DNA from: Octopus vulgaris | Taxonomy: Eukaryota | Direction of reading: 5' to 3' | Assembly: GCA_951406725.2 (NCBI GenBank) | Contig: OX597818.1 | Coordinates: 99,820,001 to 99,884,000 of the forward strand | Length of the DNA stretch: 64,000 nt | Shown: positions 39,726 through 54,656 of the stretch, piece by piece | How the letters are laid out: each line of letters opens with the position of its first letter | Position numbering within the stretch: position 1 is the first letter of the stretch | Translations under genes and position numbers: made by a program | Notes under the pieces: generated by a model | The model's database searches: none | What the model was told of the DNA's origin: nothing | Seen by the model: only the letters and a program-made list of their open reading frames with translations

Positions 39726-40237
39726 CAAACCCAAATATATATTCATCTGTATGTGTGTGTGTGTGTAAGAGTAGAGAACAACATCTCAACAATATTCTGT
39801 ATGAATTTTGATACTGGAATAGAAGCATATATCTTCTCAAACGTCTAGTGAAAGATTGCACAGGTCGGAAAAGTAACGTTGTGCGCACTATACAATTTAT
39901 ATCTCATAAATTTCCTTGTTCAGTTTTACCAAAAGATTTTCATTTCAATTTAACAATACATCAGTCTCTAATTTTCATATTCTCAATGATCTTACACAAG
40001 CCCACACGCGCACATAAATACACACTAATTTTGAGCAATAACAAGAAAGTGTAATTTTATGTAGACTTTGAATTATAGCATATATCATATAGTTTGAAAC
40101 ATTGTTACGAAGGTGTTCATGTTGCGAATTTATATCCACAGCGTAAAGTTGCGAATTCAATATGAACTCTATGAATGCATGAATTTATGTATGCAATGCC
40201 CTCCCTACATCTCTCTCCCTAAATATACATACACACG

Positions 40238-40283
<46 letters not shown>

Positions 40284-40367
40284 GATATATATGTATGTAT
40301 GTAAGTCCATGCTGGATAATTCATAAGTACATTTACCGTTAATAAACAGAAAAAGGTTCATTAATAA

Positions 40368-40600
40368 CCTATTTCTTTACTATCCACAAGGAGCTAAACA
40401 CAGAGAGGATAACAAGGACAGACAGACGAATTAAGGCGATTACATCGACTCCAGTGCGTAACTGGTACTTATTTAATCGACCTCGAAAGGATGAAAGGCA
40501 AAGTCGACCTCGTCGGAATTTGAACTCAGAACCTAGGGGCAGATGAAATACTGCTAAGCATTTCGCCCGGCGTGCTAACGTTTCTGCCAGCCCGCCACCT
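40368..40600 (-). mobile_element. SINE family B monomer
   Basis: Close reverse complement of 8517-8745. Confidence 0.9.
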
Positions 40601-41849
40601 ATATTGGTGTCAGTTAAGCTTGTTGTTGTACATCTTGTCTTTTATATCTCTATCCACACCGTTCACCTCCTCATCGCAACCGTCAACTATCTCCGCCATA
40701 TTCATTCAAACTCTATTCTACAGTCTCTCTGCCGAATGGAAAGACAGGGATTATTGGTCTTCTACCATACCGTCCATTATGTCAGTCGCCCCGAACGCCC
40801 TAGACAATGGATCAAAACGTATCCTTAAATCTGCACAAATTTACTGTTATATTACTCCATATTTAGCACAATCGACTGTTCTCTAATATTTTGATAACAA
40901 CATTTTCCTAGACATACAAAGAGAGGCATATTTCAAATGTTATTTCTAACAAGATAACAAAGGTATATTAAAAATGCATAGCGACAAAATTGCATTAAAA
41001 TTATAAGATTTTCTATAAATCGTTTAAAAACTAAGCACATGGAGAATAAAGATGTAAAATGGCTTGTGCACACACTCAGGCAAACAACACATATGCATAA
41101 TACACTTAAATATATATCTATACACACACACACCAATATATATGTGTGTGTGTAGTGTGTATCCATTCATGTGTGTGAATATATATAATATATATACATA
41201 TATACACTATGTCTAACAGTATACATACACACACAAATATAAATAAATGAATGTATATATATATGTATAAATATATATATATATATATATATATCCATTC
41301 ATAAATACATATAATATGTCTGCGCATCTATATTACATTATCTCCGGTTTTATTTTGGCGTTGGCATCTGTATAAGTTAGCCAAGCATGCGCAGTGGGAT
41401 ATTGCTTGAGTAAGCACGCGATGTGACAAAACGCCCGGAGGTCAATAACTTAGTCTTAATAATAAAACTAGAAATAGTGTGAAGGAAGATGGAAATTATT
41501 TGAAAAGGCGGAAAATAAATAAGTTTTCGGGTTAGTCAAGCGAACTAAATATCGAACACCTCTTCAATATTCCCGAACGCAAGACTATTGTTTATGAAGA
41601 AAACGGAGAAAATAAAGCAAACAAATAAACAAAGAAATAAATGAAGAAATAATAAGACAAAGAAAAGAAAAAGCGAGCTGTAATAAATAGGAAAATATAC
41701 TTGGAAAATGATACTTGGAAAAAACAAACAAATCAAGAGATAAAGAAACATGAAAACATAAAGAAAGGCAGACAACACGAAAATATCCAAAGACTAATCA
41801 TAAAATTTATGCTGTTTGTATTTGTGGTACGTATCCTCATGGATGATAA

Positions 41850-42125
41850 ACGCTCCTTGTGTACTGATTTGGATGTTGGGCATTCAATCGTTATGTCATG
41901 TATTCGATTCTCGGACTGAGAGTGGAGAGAGTGACCATGAGTCCATGATCAAAGAACTCTATTTCACGCTGGTTCGGACCGGTCAGTTGAAAATGGAAGA
42001 AGTTAAACATTCGGCAGTTTGGCGTCTCATTTGGAAGAATGTATGTTTCACTCTCAGTGGCTTGATCGCCACGGGGACCTAAAATAAACTATGACTTTCC
42101 GGGCCTGCATGTTCGTGCCAGAATT
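41850..42125 (+). mobile_element. Degenerate tRNA/CORE-like SINE
   Basis: B-box-like attcgattctc, then gtccatgatcaaagaactctatttcacgctggttc...ggtcagttgaaaatg (CORE-like). Confidence 0.5.
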
Positions 42126-42297
42126 TACATTATTTACTCATATATATATGCATGTATTTGTGTATATGTAACACGTTTTAGCCCATGCTATAACACTCAC
42201 GCACATGCGTTTACATACATACAGACACATAGCCATGCGCACGCATATACATATACATACACACACACATATATATTTAGTTATAAATTTATATGTA

Positions 42298-42347
<50 letters not shown>

Positions 42348-42394
42348 CATACATAAATTTATATATATAGATATAAATGTATAAAGTTAATCCA

Positions 42395-42598
42395 AACATG
42401 AAAACACAAAGAGAAAACACAACAGCGCGAGGACGTGAAACAAGTATAGTGTTACTGGACGCTCAGGAAACGAGAGAAAGGAGGAAGGAGGATTTAACGT
42501 TTCGAGCGGAGCTCTTCGTGAGAAACATAGGAAAAGGAAAGATCCAAGGAAGGGAAGACGGAGGAAAAAAATCGCCAACGATACATACGCGGTCACAT

Positions 42599-42600
<2 letters not shown>
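42395..42600 (-). mobile_element. Penelope-type repeat with hammerhead-like motif
   Basis: Minus strand ttt-CTCACGA-a-gagc-tcc-gctc-GAAAC-gtt-aaa; related to the 43790, 47225 and 61140 family. Confidence 0.6.
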
Positions 42601-42666
<66 letters not shown>

Positions 42667-42669
42667 CTA

Positions 42670-42826
42670 TACGACGGGCGTCTTTCAGTTTTCGTCTACC
42701 AAATCCACTACCAAGGCTTTGGTCGGTTTGATGCTATATTAGAAAACACTTGCCCAAGGTAACGCGCAGTGGGGCGAAATACCGAATCAGGCGGTTAGGA
42801 AGCAAGCTTCTTACCTCACAGCCACA
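42670..42826 (-). mobile_element. SINE family A, 5' half
   Basis: acgacgggcgtctttcagttttcgtctaccaaatccact...cttgcccaagg...gcaagcttcttacctcacagccac. Confidence 0.85.
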
Positions 42827-43669
42827 TAAATGAGATAAACCAATACTTGAAGAGACTATAGGTTCTTCTTCTTGTTCACTTTCCCAGATTTGTGCATAGT
42901 CTCAATGAACATGATGAAAATAATGAAGTCAGAATATTAAAATCCAATGACATAGAGTGTGAACGACATAGACGTCTTAATAGACATATTATAAAACATC
43001 GTATATCGTGGAAAACAACACTGTTCTGGCAGTTAATAGACCTACATAAGAAATAGCTAAATATGATGAAGAGCATTGACTGGATAAATGATAACTATAT
43101 ATTGTTATTGATAGATAGAACAGACAAGAACAGAAATGGTATTGATATGAATATAAGATCCAGAAAACTTATGAAAAAAAAATATCAGAAAGCGATTCTA
43201 AAGTAAAAGAACATTTTAAAAGACGGGTGTTAAAAAAACTTTAAAAATGGAAATCTTCCTCCACCAAACAAAAAAAAAAGTGTGAATAGAAGCCCAAAAT
43301 GGTATCAAGAAGTACCATTTCTTCTAAAAAAAGTTCTCAGAGTTACTTAGTGTCAAAGTAAATATATTCAATCGTGTCAACAAGATCTCAAACGGCAGAC
43401 TGTTCATTCAGACCGTGTGAGGCAGATAAAAATCTTCAAAGTACGAATCTGCTTAAATTTCAGGTGAAAAATGCCTTGAATATATAGAGCTAGCACATTC
43501 TAAATTATTCTTTACCAGGGAATTTAAAATCCAAAATGAAATACAAGATATACATGTAATTTATACATACGTACATATATATATATATGTATGTATATTT
43601 GATCCATAGATGTAACTCTCAATAAATGTGTTGAATGTCTTTCGTTTGTCTGCTCACTCGTATATATAA

Positions 43670-43754
<85 letters not shown>

Positions 43755-43789
43755 TGTCTGTGTGTATACATATACATACATATAACAGG

Positions 43790-44180
43790 AAAGTTTACGA
43801 AAATAAACAAAAGACGAAGGCAGGTTGAGTACAAACAAACAAATGTATTAGTATAGCGCTCAGGAATAGAAATAGAAAAAGTCTTTTACGTTTCGAGCCT
43901 ACGCTCTTCGACAGAAAGATACACAGAAAAAAAACAAGGAGAGAAAAAAATGCGTATAGGAGCTAACGATCTATCATGGCGTCCTGACTTCGGACAGTGG
44001 TCAGACGCGAGAAGGACAGTAGGGGAGATAACAGGGTCAAGTGACTTCCAAAACGAAGGTGCCCCCAACATAAAGGTGCGTGTGTGTATAAGAGAGTATG
44101 TATGTGCGTGTGAAAGAAGGCTGGTGGTCTGGACGTGTGTGTGTATGTGTGGGTGTGGAAATGTGGGGATACGCACACAC
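43790..44180 (-). mobile_element. Penelope-type repeat (family P) with hammerhead-like motif
   Basis: Reverse complement aligns with 61140-61520 and 47225-47455; minus strand cttt-CTGTCGA-a-gagc-gtag-gctc-GAAAC-gta-aaag. Confidence 0.7.
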
Positions 44181-44189
44181 ACACACACA

Positions 44190-44998
44190 TTATGCAAACT
44201 GAACCAAGTTATTACTTGAGAGAGACAGAGAGAGAGCAGTTTATTAAAATTAGCCGTCCTCAGCTTTCGCCATGCTCTCAAGACCGCTCATGAACCTGCC
44301 CCATGCTTTCCTCGCTGTGTCGCTGGGAAGATCATCGAACACCACCTTGATCATAGTAACAAGCTCGGCTTTCGTGTGGCAGGTAGTTCGGTTGGCATCT
44401 CTTTTAATTACCTCCCCTCCCCACACAGAACTGTTGGAATTAAGGGGACAAAAATTAGGGCTAGTGAAGTCGTAGAAATTCTCCGACAACCAATTTTGAC
44501 GCATTCCGGTTGTATGGTGAGCAGCCCAATCCTGTTGCCATGCATGTGACCATCCACCAACAACGCTCTCTAGTCAGGGATTAATTAAGCATTCCAGCAG
44601 TTTTATATGACTGTCTGAAGTGAGTCTAAGTCCCTGTTTAAAGATGCGGGGTGAATTCTGGCGTGCGTACGTAATGAGAACGGTTGTTATGCCTACTGGT
44701 CACGGTTTTGTAGTCTCCATTGCAGATGCCTATGCTACGACTTACAGTCTTTACACTGTTCACAGAGCATTAAGTATCAGCTATGAGGTCGGCAACTTGA
44801 TAGCCGGCGCAAATCCTTATGATACAGGTAACTGTTTTACAATATTCAATGGCATCCAGTCCCCCACGTCAGCTAAAGATTTTCTATAAAACATCTTTAA
44901 TCTCCATGCTCAGCAACGTCGTTGACTCTTCACCGATACATTATAACTGTTCCCGAAAAAAGGACACATAAACATATTCAAATGTAACCCGAACAGCC

Positions 44999-45002
<4 letters not shown>
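44190..45002 (-). mobile_element. Internally deleted Tc1/mariner-superfamily (maT/DD37D-like) transposon
   Basis: Minus-strand frames: RSHYVRTPEF (N-terminal), then WQQDWAAHHTTGMRQNWLSENFYDFTSPNFCPLNSN..SVWG...AELVTMIK...RFMSGLE; TIR-like TA-taggctgttcgggttacatttgaa at the right end. Confidence 0.8.
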
Positions 45003-45083
<81 letters not shown>

Positions 45084-45468
45084 AGACAGCCACTCCTGCG
45101 CCTATATAACATATGTATTATATCAATGTTAATATTTATTTTTTATCCATAACGATTTAAGATTTATTCACAATTCCAGCGATTTCGTGTGAAAGGTTTA
45201 GCCAATTTAATCGACTGAAGTACTTAACTCGTACTTTATTTCACCGACACCGAATGGGTAAAAAATAGCTATCAGACATCGATTGGAGAATCACCAAATA
45301 TACTTTTGCAGAAAATATGTCGAATGTGACTTCGAAATTTCGACGACTGATCTCTTTTTCAGAATGTGTGGCAAAGCCAACTTTCGGTACATTTCAAATC
45401 TCTTAACTCTTTCCTTGTAAACATGCAAGTACATACACACACACACACACACACATACACACACGCAC

Positions 45469-45523
<55 letters not shown>

Positions 45524-46241
45524 CACACACACACACCGTACATTCATACAAAGACACTTACACACTTATGTGAATTTAACTAAAGATATTGTGTAAGTGA
45601 TTTTGAACGCAACAATACACCAATTTTGCCACGTATTAATGGCCGCTTATTGATTGTTTGACTGCAGCATTCAAAACAATCAGTAAACACAGAATGAAAA
45701 ACAAAATTCAAAGAAACGAATTTTAGAAACTTGTTTTGAAAGTTGCTGTAAGCTATAGACTGCTCAGTTGTCAAGTTCTCTTTTATGCCAGAAGAATGAT
45801 CCTGAAAACCATCTGCTATAACCTTTACCAAAATGCGAAGCACACTTTTTATTTTGAATCAGGTCGACTATATATAAAAGTGATAAAATTGCTAAAGGAG
45901 ACCTGTTTTGAACAATGCTTCTATAGTAACTCTCTGAGCCTTATTTTTTGTTAGACTAGCTTCTGTCGTTGTTGTTCATGTGTTATGCATTTGTAGTTTT
46001 GCTTTTAGCGAAATTGAAATTTCTAAGGGATGATATTCGTGGATGATTTCTTTTCTAAACTGTTAATTGTCAGAATGAACCTGCAGGCCATTTATACCTC
46101 TACATTTTGAAACATTGTTTCCTATCAACCAATGAGTGAAGTTGCCTATCTCTCTCCGCAATTATACAAATATATATGCATATATATATATACAAAATGG
46201 GACAACAACGCAAAACATCCTATGCTTTTGTGTGTTTGAAT

Positions 46242-46297
<56 letters not shown>

Positions 46298-46395
46298 AAA
46301 AATGAAGTTCGAAAATTGTATATTATATAAATTTTTAATTTTTATATATACATTATAACATGTTTCGGTTCTTGAAATGAACCTATCAAAAAAAG

Positions 46396-46439
<44 letters not shown>

Positions 46440-46885
46440 ACAGGCACTCAAACACACAAAAACATTGGATAAGTTAGATTTAATTATTAACAGTACGGAA
46501 ACCAAATAATTTTTTAATATAGTCTGACTTTATTTTCCTAATTTATGAATGTTGTACTAATGTTAATATTTGTTTGAGCAAAATATGGAATTACACAGAA
46601 TCAGAATATGGGCTTAGACTATACAAGTGTAAAGGAATCTATATTTTCATAGGACTTTGAACTCCTTTTTACTTTTCAGTGATGACTGCCCCCTCTCATA
46701 TTTTCTCACCTTTCCCATCCTACATTCTAAAATTGACAACTTGAAAGGTCACCAGCCCTTGTGAGAAAATGTATTTATTTACAAATATGTTGATAGGTGT
46801 ACAATGAGAAAAAAGGGAGAAAAGAAAAAGGAAAAATGCACTGTTATGAAATTTCAATAGGTTGACCACATCACATTGAAAAGAA

Positions 46886-46970
<85 letters not shown>

Positions 46971-47017
46971 CATATATATATATATGTAATATATATATAT
47001 GTATATATATATATATA

Positions 47018-47068
<51 letters not shown>

Positions 47069-47085
47069 ATATATATATGTATATT

Positions 47086-47145
47086 CAGCGGTGGTGCCCC
47101 AGCATTGCCGCGGCCTTCGGGCTAAAACATTTTTAAAGGATTTAA

Positions 47146-47148
<3 letters not shown>
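47086..47148 (+). mobile_element. Very short LINE/SINE 3' tail inserted in (TA)n
   Basis: ggtggtgccccagcattgccgcggccttcgggctaaaac...(tttaagga)-like end; shares the tail motif with SINE A and the LINE at 28.4 kb. Confidence 0.65.
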
Positions 47149-47199
<51 letters not shown>

Positions 47200-47224
47200 C
47201 GTGATCGTTAACCTTACTATTTTT

Positions 47225-47452
47225 TTATCTCCCCTTCACCCTACCTCTCCTGTGTGACCAGGGTGTCCGGCCTTCGCCATGATAGATTGCTAGCGACTAC
47301 GCATTCTTTTTTTTTCTCTCCTTGTTTCTTTGTGTTCCTTCTGTGGAATAGCGTAGGCTCAAAACATTAAAGAATATTTCACTTCCCGAGCGTTATACTA
47401 ATACATCTGTTTGTTGTGTACACCACCTGTCTTCGTCTTTTTTGTGAATTCT

Positions 47453-47455
<3 letters not shown>
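47225..47455 (+). mobile_element. Penelope-type repeat (family P)
   Basis: cgccatgatagat...CTGTGGAatagcgtaggctcaaaacattaaaga...actaatacatctgtttgttgt. Confidence 0.7.
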
Positions 47456-47496
<41 letters not shown>

Positions 47497-48775
47497 GTGT
47501 GTATGTGTGTGTGTGTGTGTGCGTATGTGAGTGTGTTCGCGCGCGCGTGTGTGTGTGTGTTTGTGTATTGAGGTAGTTGTTTCCAAAAGATGAATATACA
47601 TTGAAATGTTTTGAATGGAAAATCTATACTTTGCCAGTTTATCATAATTCAAGTAATACTATATTAAATATGAAATTCTTTATTATTTTTGAACTACAGC
47701 ATAGGTTTGTGTTTTGAAGTTGTCATCTCTAAATTTTGTTGCAACTGTTGGAAAAGGGATCGTTAACCTTACTATTTTTAGATTCCAAAATTCATTTAAA
47801 TGGGAAGTGTTTTTCTTTGAGGGATTTGTATTTTATCTACATGGTTTTGTCATGCTTACATTTCTAAACATTCTAATTGCTGTATTGACGTTCAAAAACT
47901 CTTTAGTTTACTGAGGAGTGAAAATTTAAATAAACAAAATCAAAAAGACTAAAATTTGCTCAATTGTTATCTGTTCATATATTGCGAATATAGATAACCA
48001 AATAAGGTATACATTGAAATAATGTTTCACCGTTGTCAAGTTGAATTATAATGTTTTAGGTAAAGGAAAATGTCAGAAACGGAAAATGTTTCATTTATAA
48101 AGGAAGGCATTTCAAACAGCTATTTTATATGAAGCACCTTCCAAAATATTAGCTATTTGTCATGTTGGTCGTACAGGTTATTTTTTAACTCTTGAATGCT
48201 ACTGGGAAAAGATCTGTCAAAAGCCTTAATTTTTGCTGACCCAAACCCTTTTGGATTCCTCTTATCTAAGATAATATGCATATGTAAGAATAATATTTTC
48301 TATAGATATAAATAGTAGCTTACATATATAGTGTTCTACATTAGGTTTTCATTAATCGTTTTCACAAATCTACGGAAGTAAGTCTTCCAAAGCACATAAA
48401 ATATTGCAGACACTTTAAAGTCGAAACGAGTGTATGCATGAGCTCATGGCAAAGAGAACTGACTGTTTTCCTCCTATTTCCAGTGACCACAATGTTTGAT
48501 TAAACCTAGCCTTTGTCTCAACTATGTTAATCATTGCTTTCATTTCCTGCGCGGCTTGTCATATTAGTAATATGCATACGTATCTTGATCGTAAACATCA
48601 TCTTGTCTAATAATCCACAGAATAATTAAGCACCAGGAAGTCTTCTCGAAAGTTAATTAATCTACACAATCTACATGTTTACTGACACACCATATGTACC
48701 GAAAAAAGTCCCAACTATATATTTTTCCATGTATTTTTGTATGTGCATGCATTCACATACACAGGTGCGTGCGCG

Positions 48776-48808
<33 letters not shown>

Positions 48809-48823
48809 GTACACATATAAATG

Positions 48824-49288
<465 letters not shown>

Positions 49289-50030
49289 GGTTATGAGTTT
49301 ACATAAAAACAGAGATGCAAACATGTGTGATTTCAAATCAGTCGTACATTCGGTGGTGCGAATATTTTACTCTAGCCAGTATTCCATGGCAAAAATTCTA
49401 CCTAATATATAAAATGATAATTAACAGATTAAAGACTTTTGCACAGTTTCCGCCTACCGAATTTCACTGACAATTTGTCAAACAGCCTGAAGCTACAACA
49501 GAAGACATTTGCCTAAGGAGACACTCACATACGCCTGCGACACAAGCGTATTAACCAAATGGCTATTTTAAAATCGGTATGATGCAACATACGTACATCA
49601 ATTTTATACGTCTCATTCTTTGCTGTGTATAATTACATAAACTCATATATTATTCATTATACACACATACACAATGTATATTTAACGTTGAAACACTTTT
49701 ATGATAAATACAAAGCCAAACACAGACAGAAACACATATAGATGCACACTCGTACACATACATTTAGCACATATGGATACACCGCACAGCTATTCATTTA
49801 TTAAATATACAAATACATGTATTGACAAAATGTGGAGACGTTTATGTATTCTCAATATTTACAGACCTTTTCATAAGCGCCCGCAGCATATAATCTGCAT
49901 TACATAGACAATCTAATATTTCTTTACACAGCTGCTCCAGTCCTCTGTTGTCAAAGAAATTGGTCGCCAAAAAGATTTCGGTTTTGACCAGTTTTTCTTC
50001 GCTGTGTGCGTCTAGGCCAAGACAAGTCTA

Positions 50031-50111
<81 letters not shown>

Positions 50112-50259
50112 TACTACTACTACTACTACTACTAATGCCACTACCACAGCTGCTGCTACTACTACAATTACTACTACTACTAATATAGCTGCTACTGCGG
50201 CTGCAACACCTCCTCTTTCTCTTTCACCTATCATCACCACCACCACCATCATCGAGCCC

Positions 50260-50320
<61 letters not shown>

Positions 50321-50325
50321 TACTT
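50031..50325. repeat. (TAC)n/(GAC)n trinucleotide microsatellites
   Basis: Directly visible; produces poly-T/poly-L/poly-V pseudo-ORFs. Confidence 0.95.
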
Positions 50326-50752
50326 ACTGACACGATAAAGCTTATAATCCATTTTATCCTTCCTCACATCTATAGCCTTTAACATGTGTTACTCTGATAG
50401 GAAAATGAAATGCTGCTCTTCATGTTAAAGTAATTACTACATTTGTTTTGCATTTACTATTCGGACATTCTTTGCTTTTACACGCATAGTGTACCCTAGA
50501 AAAAGCAATACAATATGTGCCTTATTTTTATGGTCAAAATTTGCAGGTTGAATCAAAAGATTTTTCGTATAATAGTTTAAATATAACTTTAGAGGGACTT
50601 AGAAATAATAATATTTTTCTAAGTCTCTCTAGGGGGGACTACGGCAGCGGTACTGGATATTAATAGTTATCATCAAGCTAATATGGCAGTCCGTAAATAT
50701 TTGACGAAAGCTGCCGTTGATTAGCTCCAAGAGGCCATCGCCTCTAGCTAGC

Positions 50753-50811
50753 TATGTGACACACGAACCTGTGTCGAAGGTTATAATGGACACAGGTTCG
50801 TGTGTCATATA
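50753..50811. repeat. Perfect 19-bp inverted repeat with 13-nt loop
   Basis: tgacacacgaacctgtgtc (50757-50775) / gacacaggttcgtgtgtca (50789-50807). Confidence 0.95.
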
Positions 50812-51217
50812 ATGTGTTCATACATTATACCGAAACGTAACTATGTAATCAGCCATATAATGATCAGGTTGTTTGTTTCCTTTAGTATGTACGCCTACAC
50901 GAGGAATTATTCATAATCTCTATAAACTCTCACCACATTTGCTACTGAGTCACTAAGAGTTTTAAAGTATTGTTTTCTCTCTTCGAATCAAAAGGAAGTT
51001 TGAAAATTAACTATGTATTCTGTCGAATTAATTATCAAAAGTTATACCACTGTTCTCTTTCAGTTACAGCTATCTCTACACACACATACACACACACACA
51101 CATATGCACGTGTGTGTGTGCATGTATATATATGTATATATATATATATTTGAGTATATAAATATATCCATACACACACACACATACATATATATATACA
51201 CACACACACACACACCC

Positions 51218-51262
<45 letters not shown>

Positions 51263-51464
51263 TATATACATATGCTTTTCTCTATATGTGTGGAGCTACG
51301 AGTGAGGAAAGAGAGAAACAATCTATTCGTTTTAGAAATGGTACATAATATTATATTCCATCATTATTTCGTCAAACAAATCAGAGACCATGTGTCCTGT
51401 CAAAACGTTATAAGTCTGTCTATATCTATACTTCTCTCTATATATACATATATGTTTGTGTGTC

Positions 51465-51542
<78 letters not shown>

Positions 51543-53130
51543 TCCATTTATCTTTTGCTCTTTCTTTTCTTGTCTTTCTCTGTATATGTTGTTGTGTGTA
51601 TAAGGTGTATAAATATGTGCATATGTGCATACATTGCAAAATTTCACCCACACACCCAAACGGATGTAGATACTCTTAATGTCCTCAACGCTATCCAAAA
51701 CATATATGATAAATCTTGCGTATAAACATTAGACCGGTTTCTTATTGTCTAGAAACACATGATTAGACATATATGTAAATATACGTATACGCCAACAATA
51801 TCTTGCTGTGGGATATTGTTAAACAAATGATAATGAAACAGAATACGCCAGACATCTACTTCAATATAGGATTCAGTCACTTGTTTAGATTCTCGAGACG
51901 ATGTAAAGCATCAGATATGTCCTTTAATTATTGTTGTTTCAATAGATATTTCTTGTTTGAATTCATTCGACTGTAACGATGAACATCTATCATTTCTATC
52001 GTGAGTTCTTCATTTTGATACGGACAATGCTCACCGAGCGACTCCGCTAACTGCGCATTCTTTTTCCTCTTGTAAACTAAAATCCTTTATGTGCAGAAAC
52101 ACCATAAATACTTTATTTCTAAAGCACTAGTGCTAATGTTTGTAAATGTCTGTCTGTATAATATTCCAACATCGGATATCCTAAGTAAATAGTAAAAATA
52201 TCTGAACTATTTAGCTCTTCTGTAAACTCACCATTCTATAATTGCCACTCGTTCTGTAGAAGAGAAATGCAGGATAAAAAAGAAAATCCTTGGAAAAACA
52301 TGACCAAAATATTTTCTTTTGTTGAATACATCAAAGTATATGATGTGTAAATAAAAATCATATTTTTATTAGTTATGCTTTCAAGTAGGTGTTAGAAGAA
52401 AGAAGACCATGTATGAGGTAAGGTTGGCAATGGATGCTTATATGTTTCAATATTTGCATGTATATATGTATATGTGTACGTATGCATGTTCTGAAGGTAT
52501 AAATGTATTTCGCCAGGTGTGCTAAAGATTCTGCCAGCTTACTTCATTCTATTATAATAACTATAGAAATGTGGTAGCCCTTAATTATTTTTGTCCTTCA
52601 TAATGCAACATTAAAAAGAGCCCGTAGGTTTAAAGCTCTTGAATAATCTTGGTTTCCTAGACAAATTTGAAATTTATTCTCAAATACCCTACCAACATAA
52701 GATTTGCCTTCAGAAGGATGCTGAAAAACGCTTTCATTCTACTACACATGAAGCGAGTTCAATAAAGTGGCAAGCTAACATCGACTGGGTGAAAAACCTT
52801 CCAACTTTTTTTCATATACCTATGTACGAATGAATTTCATTCTTGGAGGTTCGTGCATTAATCTTCAATCATTTAGTGACCGCCTGCGAAATGCCTAGAG
52901 AAGGTTTTTAATAGCTGAAACAGATCAGAACGCTTGTGCAGCTGCGTCTCATTGAAAGATTTATATCTGTCTGAATATTCTGCGGCGTGATTGTTACAAA
53001 TGTCAAGCTCGTAATATTAGCTTTGTCAGGTAGAAGAAAAAGAAACAATTTTTAAAGTCTCTAACACCTAAAGAGAACCAATGAGTGCTTTCATTCGGTC
53101 AGCAATAAGTGGCTATATACCTTCCGGGTT

Positions 53131-53198
<68 letters not shown>

Positions 53199-53762
53199 TG
53201 AGCGAAACTGTATCGAAAACTTTGCTGTTCACTTTCTTTAAAAGGGTTCATTGACATGGGTGGTTTCGAAATTTTTATAGCGGAATACGTTGCGTGTAGC
53301 GAAAGGTTTCTGACTAAAATATATAAAATTACAATATCAATGTCTCCAGTTAAATTGACTTTAGTAGTCAAGAAATATTCTGAATGGATTCAATGAGAAA
53401 AGATCGCTTGCACAGCCATATATATTTCCTTGAACTACCTGACTTCTATTTAAACATTATTGTTGGTTTTTCATTTCTGAGCAAACAGTCGTCTGGTAAA
53501 GTTAAATAAAGGACCCCCTCCACCAAATAGTGTTGGAGTTTTGCTCTCTGGTCTTACTAAAAATCAATATGGTTAGAGTCCTCTCTAATCTCTCGCCAGA
53601 TATTAAACCTGTAATTACGAAAATGTTATTCAGGAAGGAAAATAAGAAAAGATGACTAGATTTGTGTTCTTAGACAATTGTCGAGCAGCATTACTCTATT
53701 TCCTCCTACGTCCTCTCGTGCTCTATCAACCTCATTTCTCCCTCACAATACATTCCTGCTTG

Positions 53763-54327
53763 AAGGTGGTGAAATGCCTAGCGGTATTTCGTCTGCCGTT
53801 ACGTTCTGAGTTCAAATTCTACCGTGTTCGACTTTGCCTTCTTTCATCCTTTCGGAGTCGATAAATTAAGTACCAATTACGCACTGGGGTCGATGTAATC
53901 GACTTAATCTCTTTGTCTGTCCTTGCTTGTTCTCTCTGTGTTTAGCTCCTTGTGGATAGTAAAGAAATAGGTATTTCGTCTGCCGTTACGTTCTGAGTTC
54001 AAATTCCACCGGGGTCGATAAATTAAGTGCCAGTTACGCACTGGGGTCGATGTAATCGACTTAATCCGTTGATCTGCCCTTGTTTGTCCCCTCTATGTTT
54101 AGCCCCTTGTGGACAATAAAAAATTAAGAAACGCTAGCACGCCGGGCCAAATGCTTAGCGGTATTTCACCTGTCTTTACGTTCCGAGTTCGAATTTCACC
54201 GAGTTCGACTTTGCCTTTCATCCTTTTAGGAGTCGATAAATTAGGTACCAGTTGCCTACTGGGGGCGATCAATTCGACTGGCTCCCCCCAAAATTTCGAG
54301 CCTTGTGCCAAGAGTAGAAAAGAACAT
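53763..54327 (+). mobile_element. SINE family B tandem trimer with 10-bp TSD
   Basis: Three units; attcctgctt at 53752-53761 and 54328-54337. Confidence 0.9.
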
Positions 54328-54572
54328 ATTCCTGCTTCATAACATGTATCTTAGAATTCTGCAATTAAACGATTCAAAGTAACTGAATGTTGGCTTTAGA
54401 AACTCTGTCAACTATTTGGTCACTATCTTTCTCCAACTCACTACTCTAAAGCAGATATGGTACTTACGATATCTTGGAGTTTGATGAAGCAAACCAGCGG
54501 GGAAAAATAAGCATTATACTCTACATATACGTACTGAATAGCTTTTCAGTAAATGTTTTACTCTAATATATA

Positions 54573-54623
<51 letters not shown>

Positions 54624-54656
54624 ACCCGTACATACATGCATATATATATATATATC

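Noticed and set aside
41380-41450. NRF1-like GCATGCGCA as a promoter
   Set aside because: Single imperfect motif without Inr, TATA or donor support.
49948-50382. Mucin-like poly-Thr ORF with poly-Leu segment
   Set aside because: Pure (TAC)n/(GAC)n microsatellite with no splice context.
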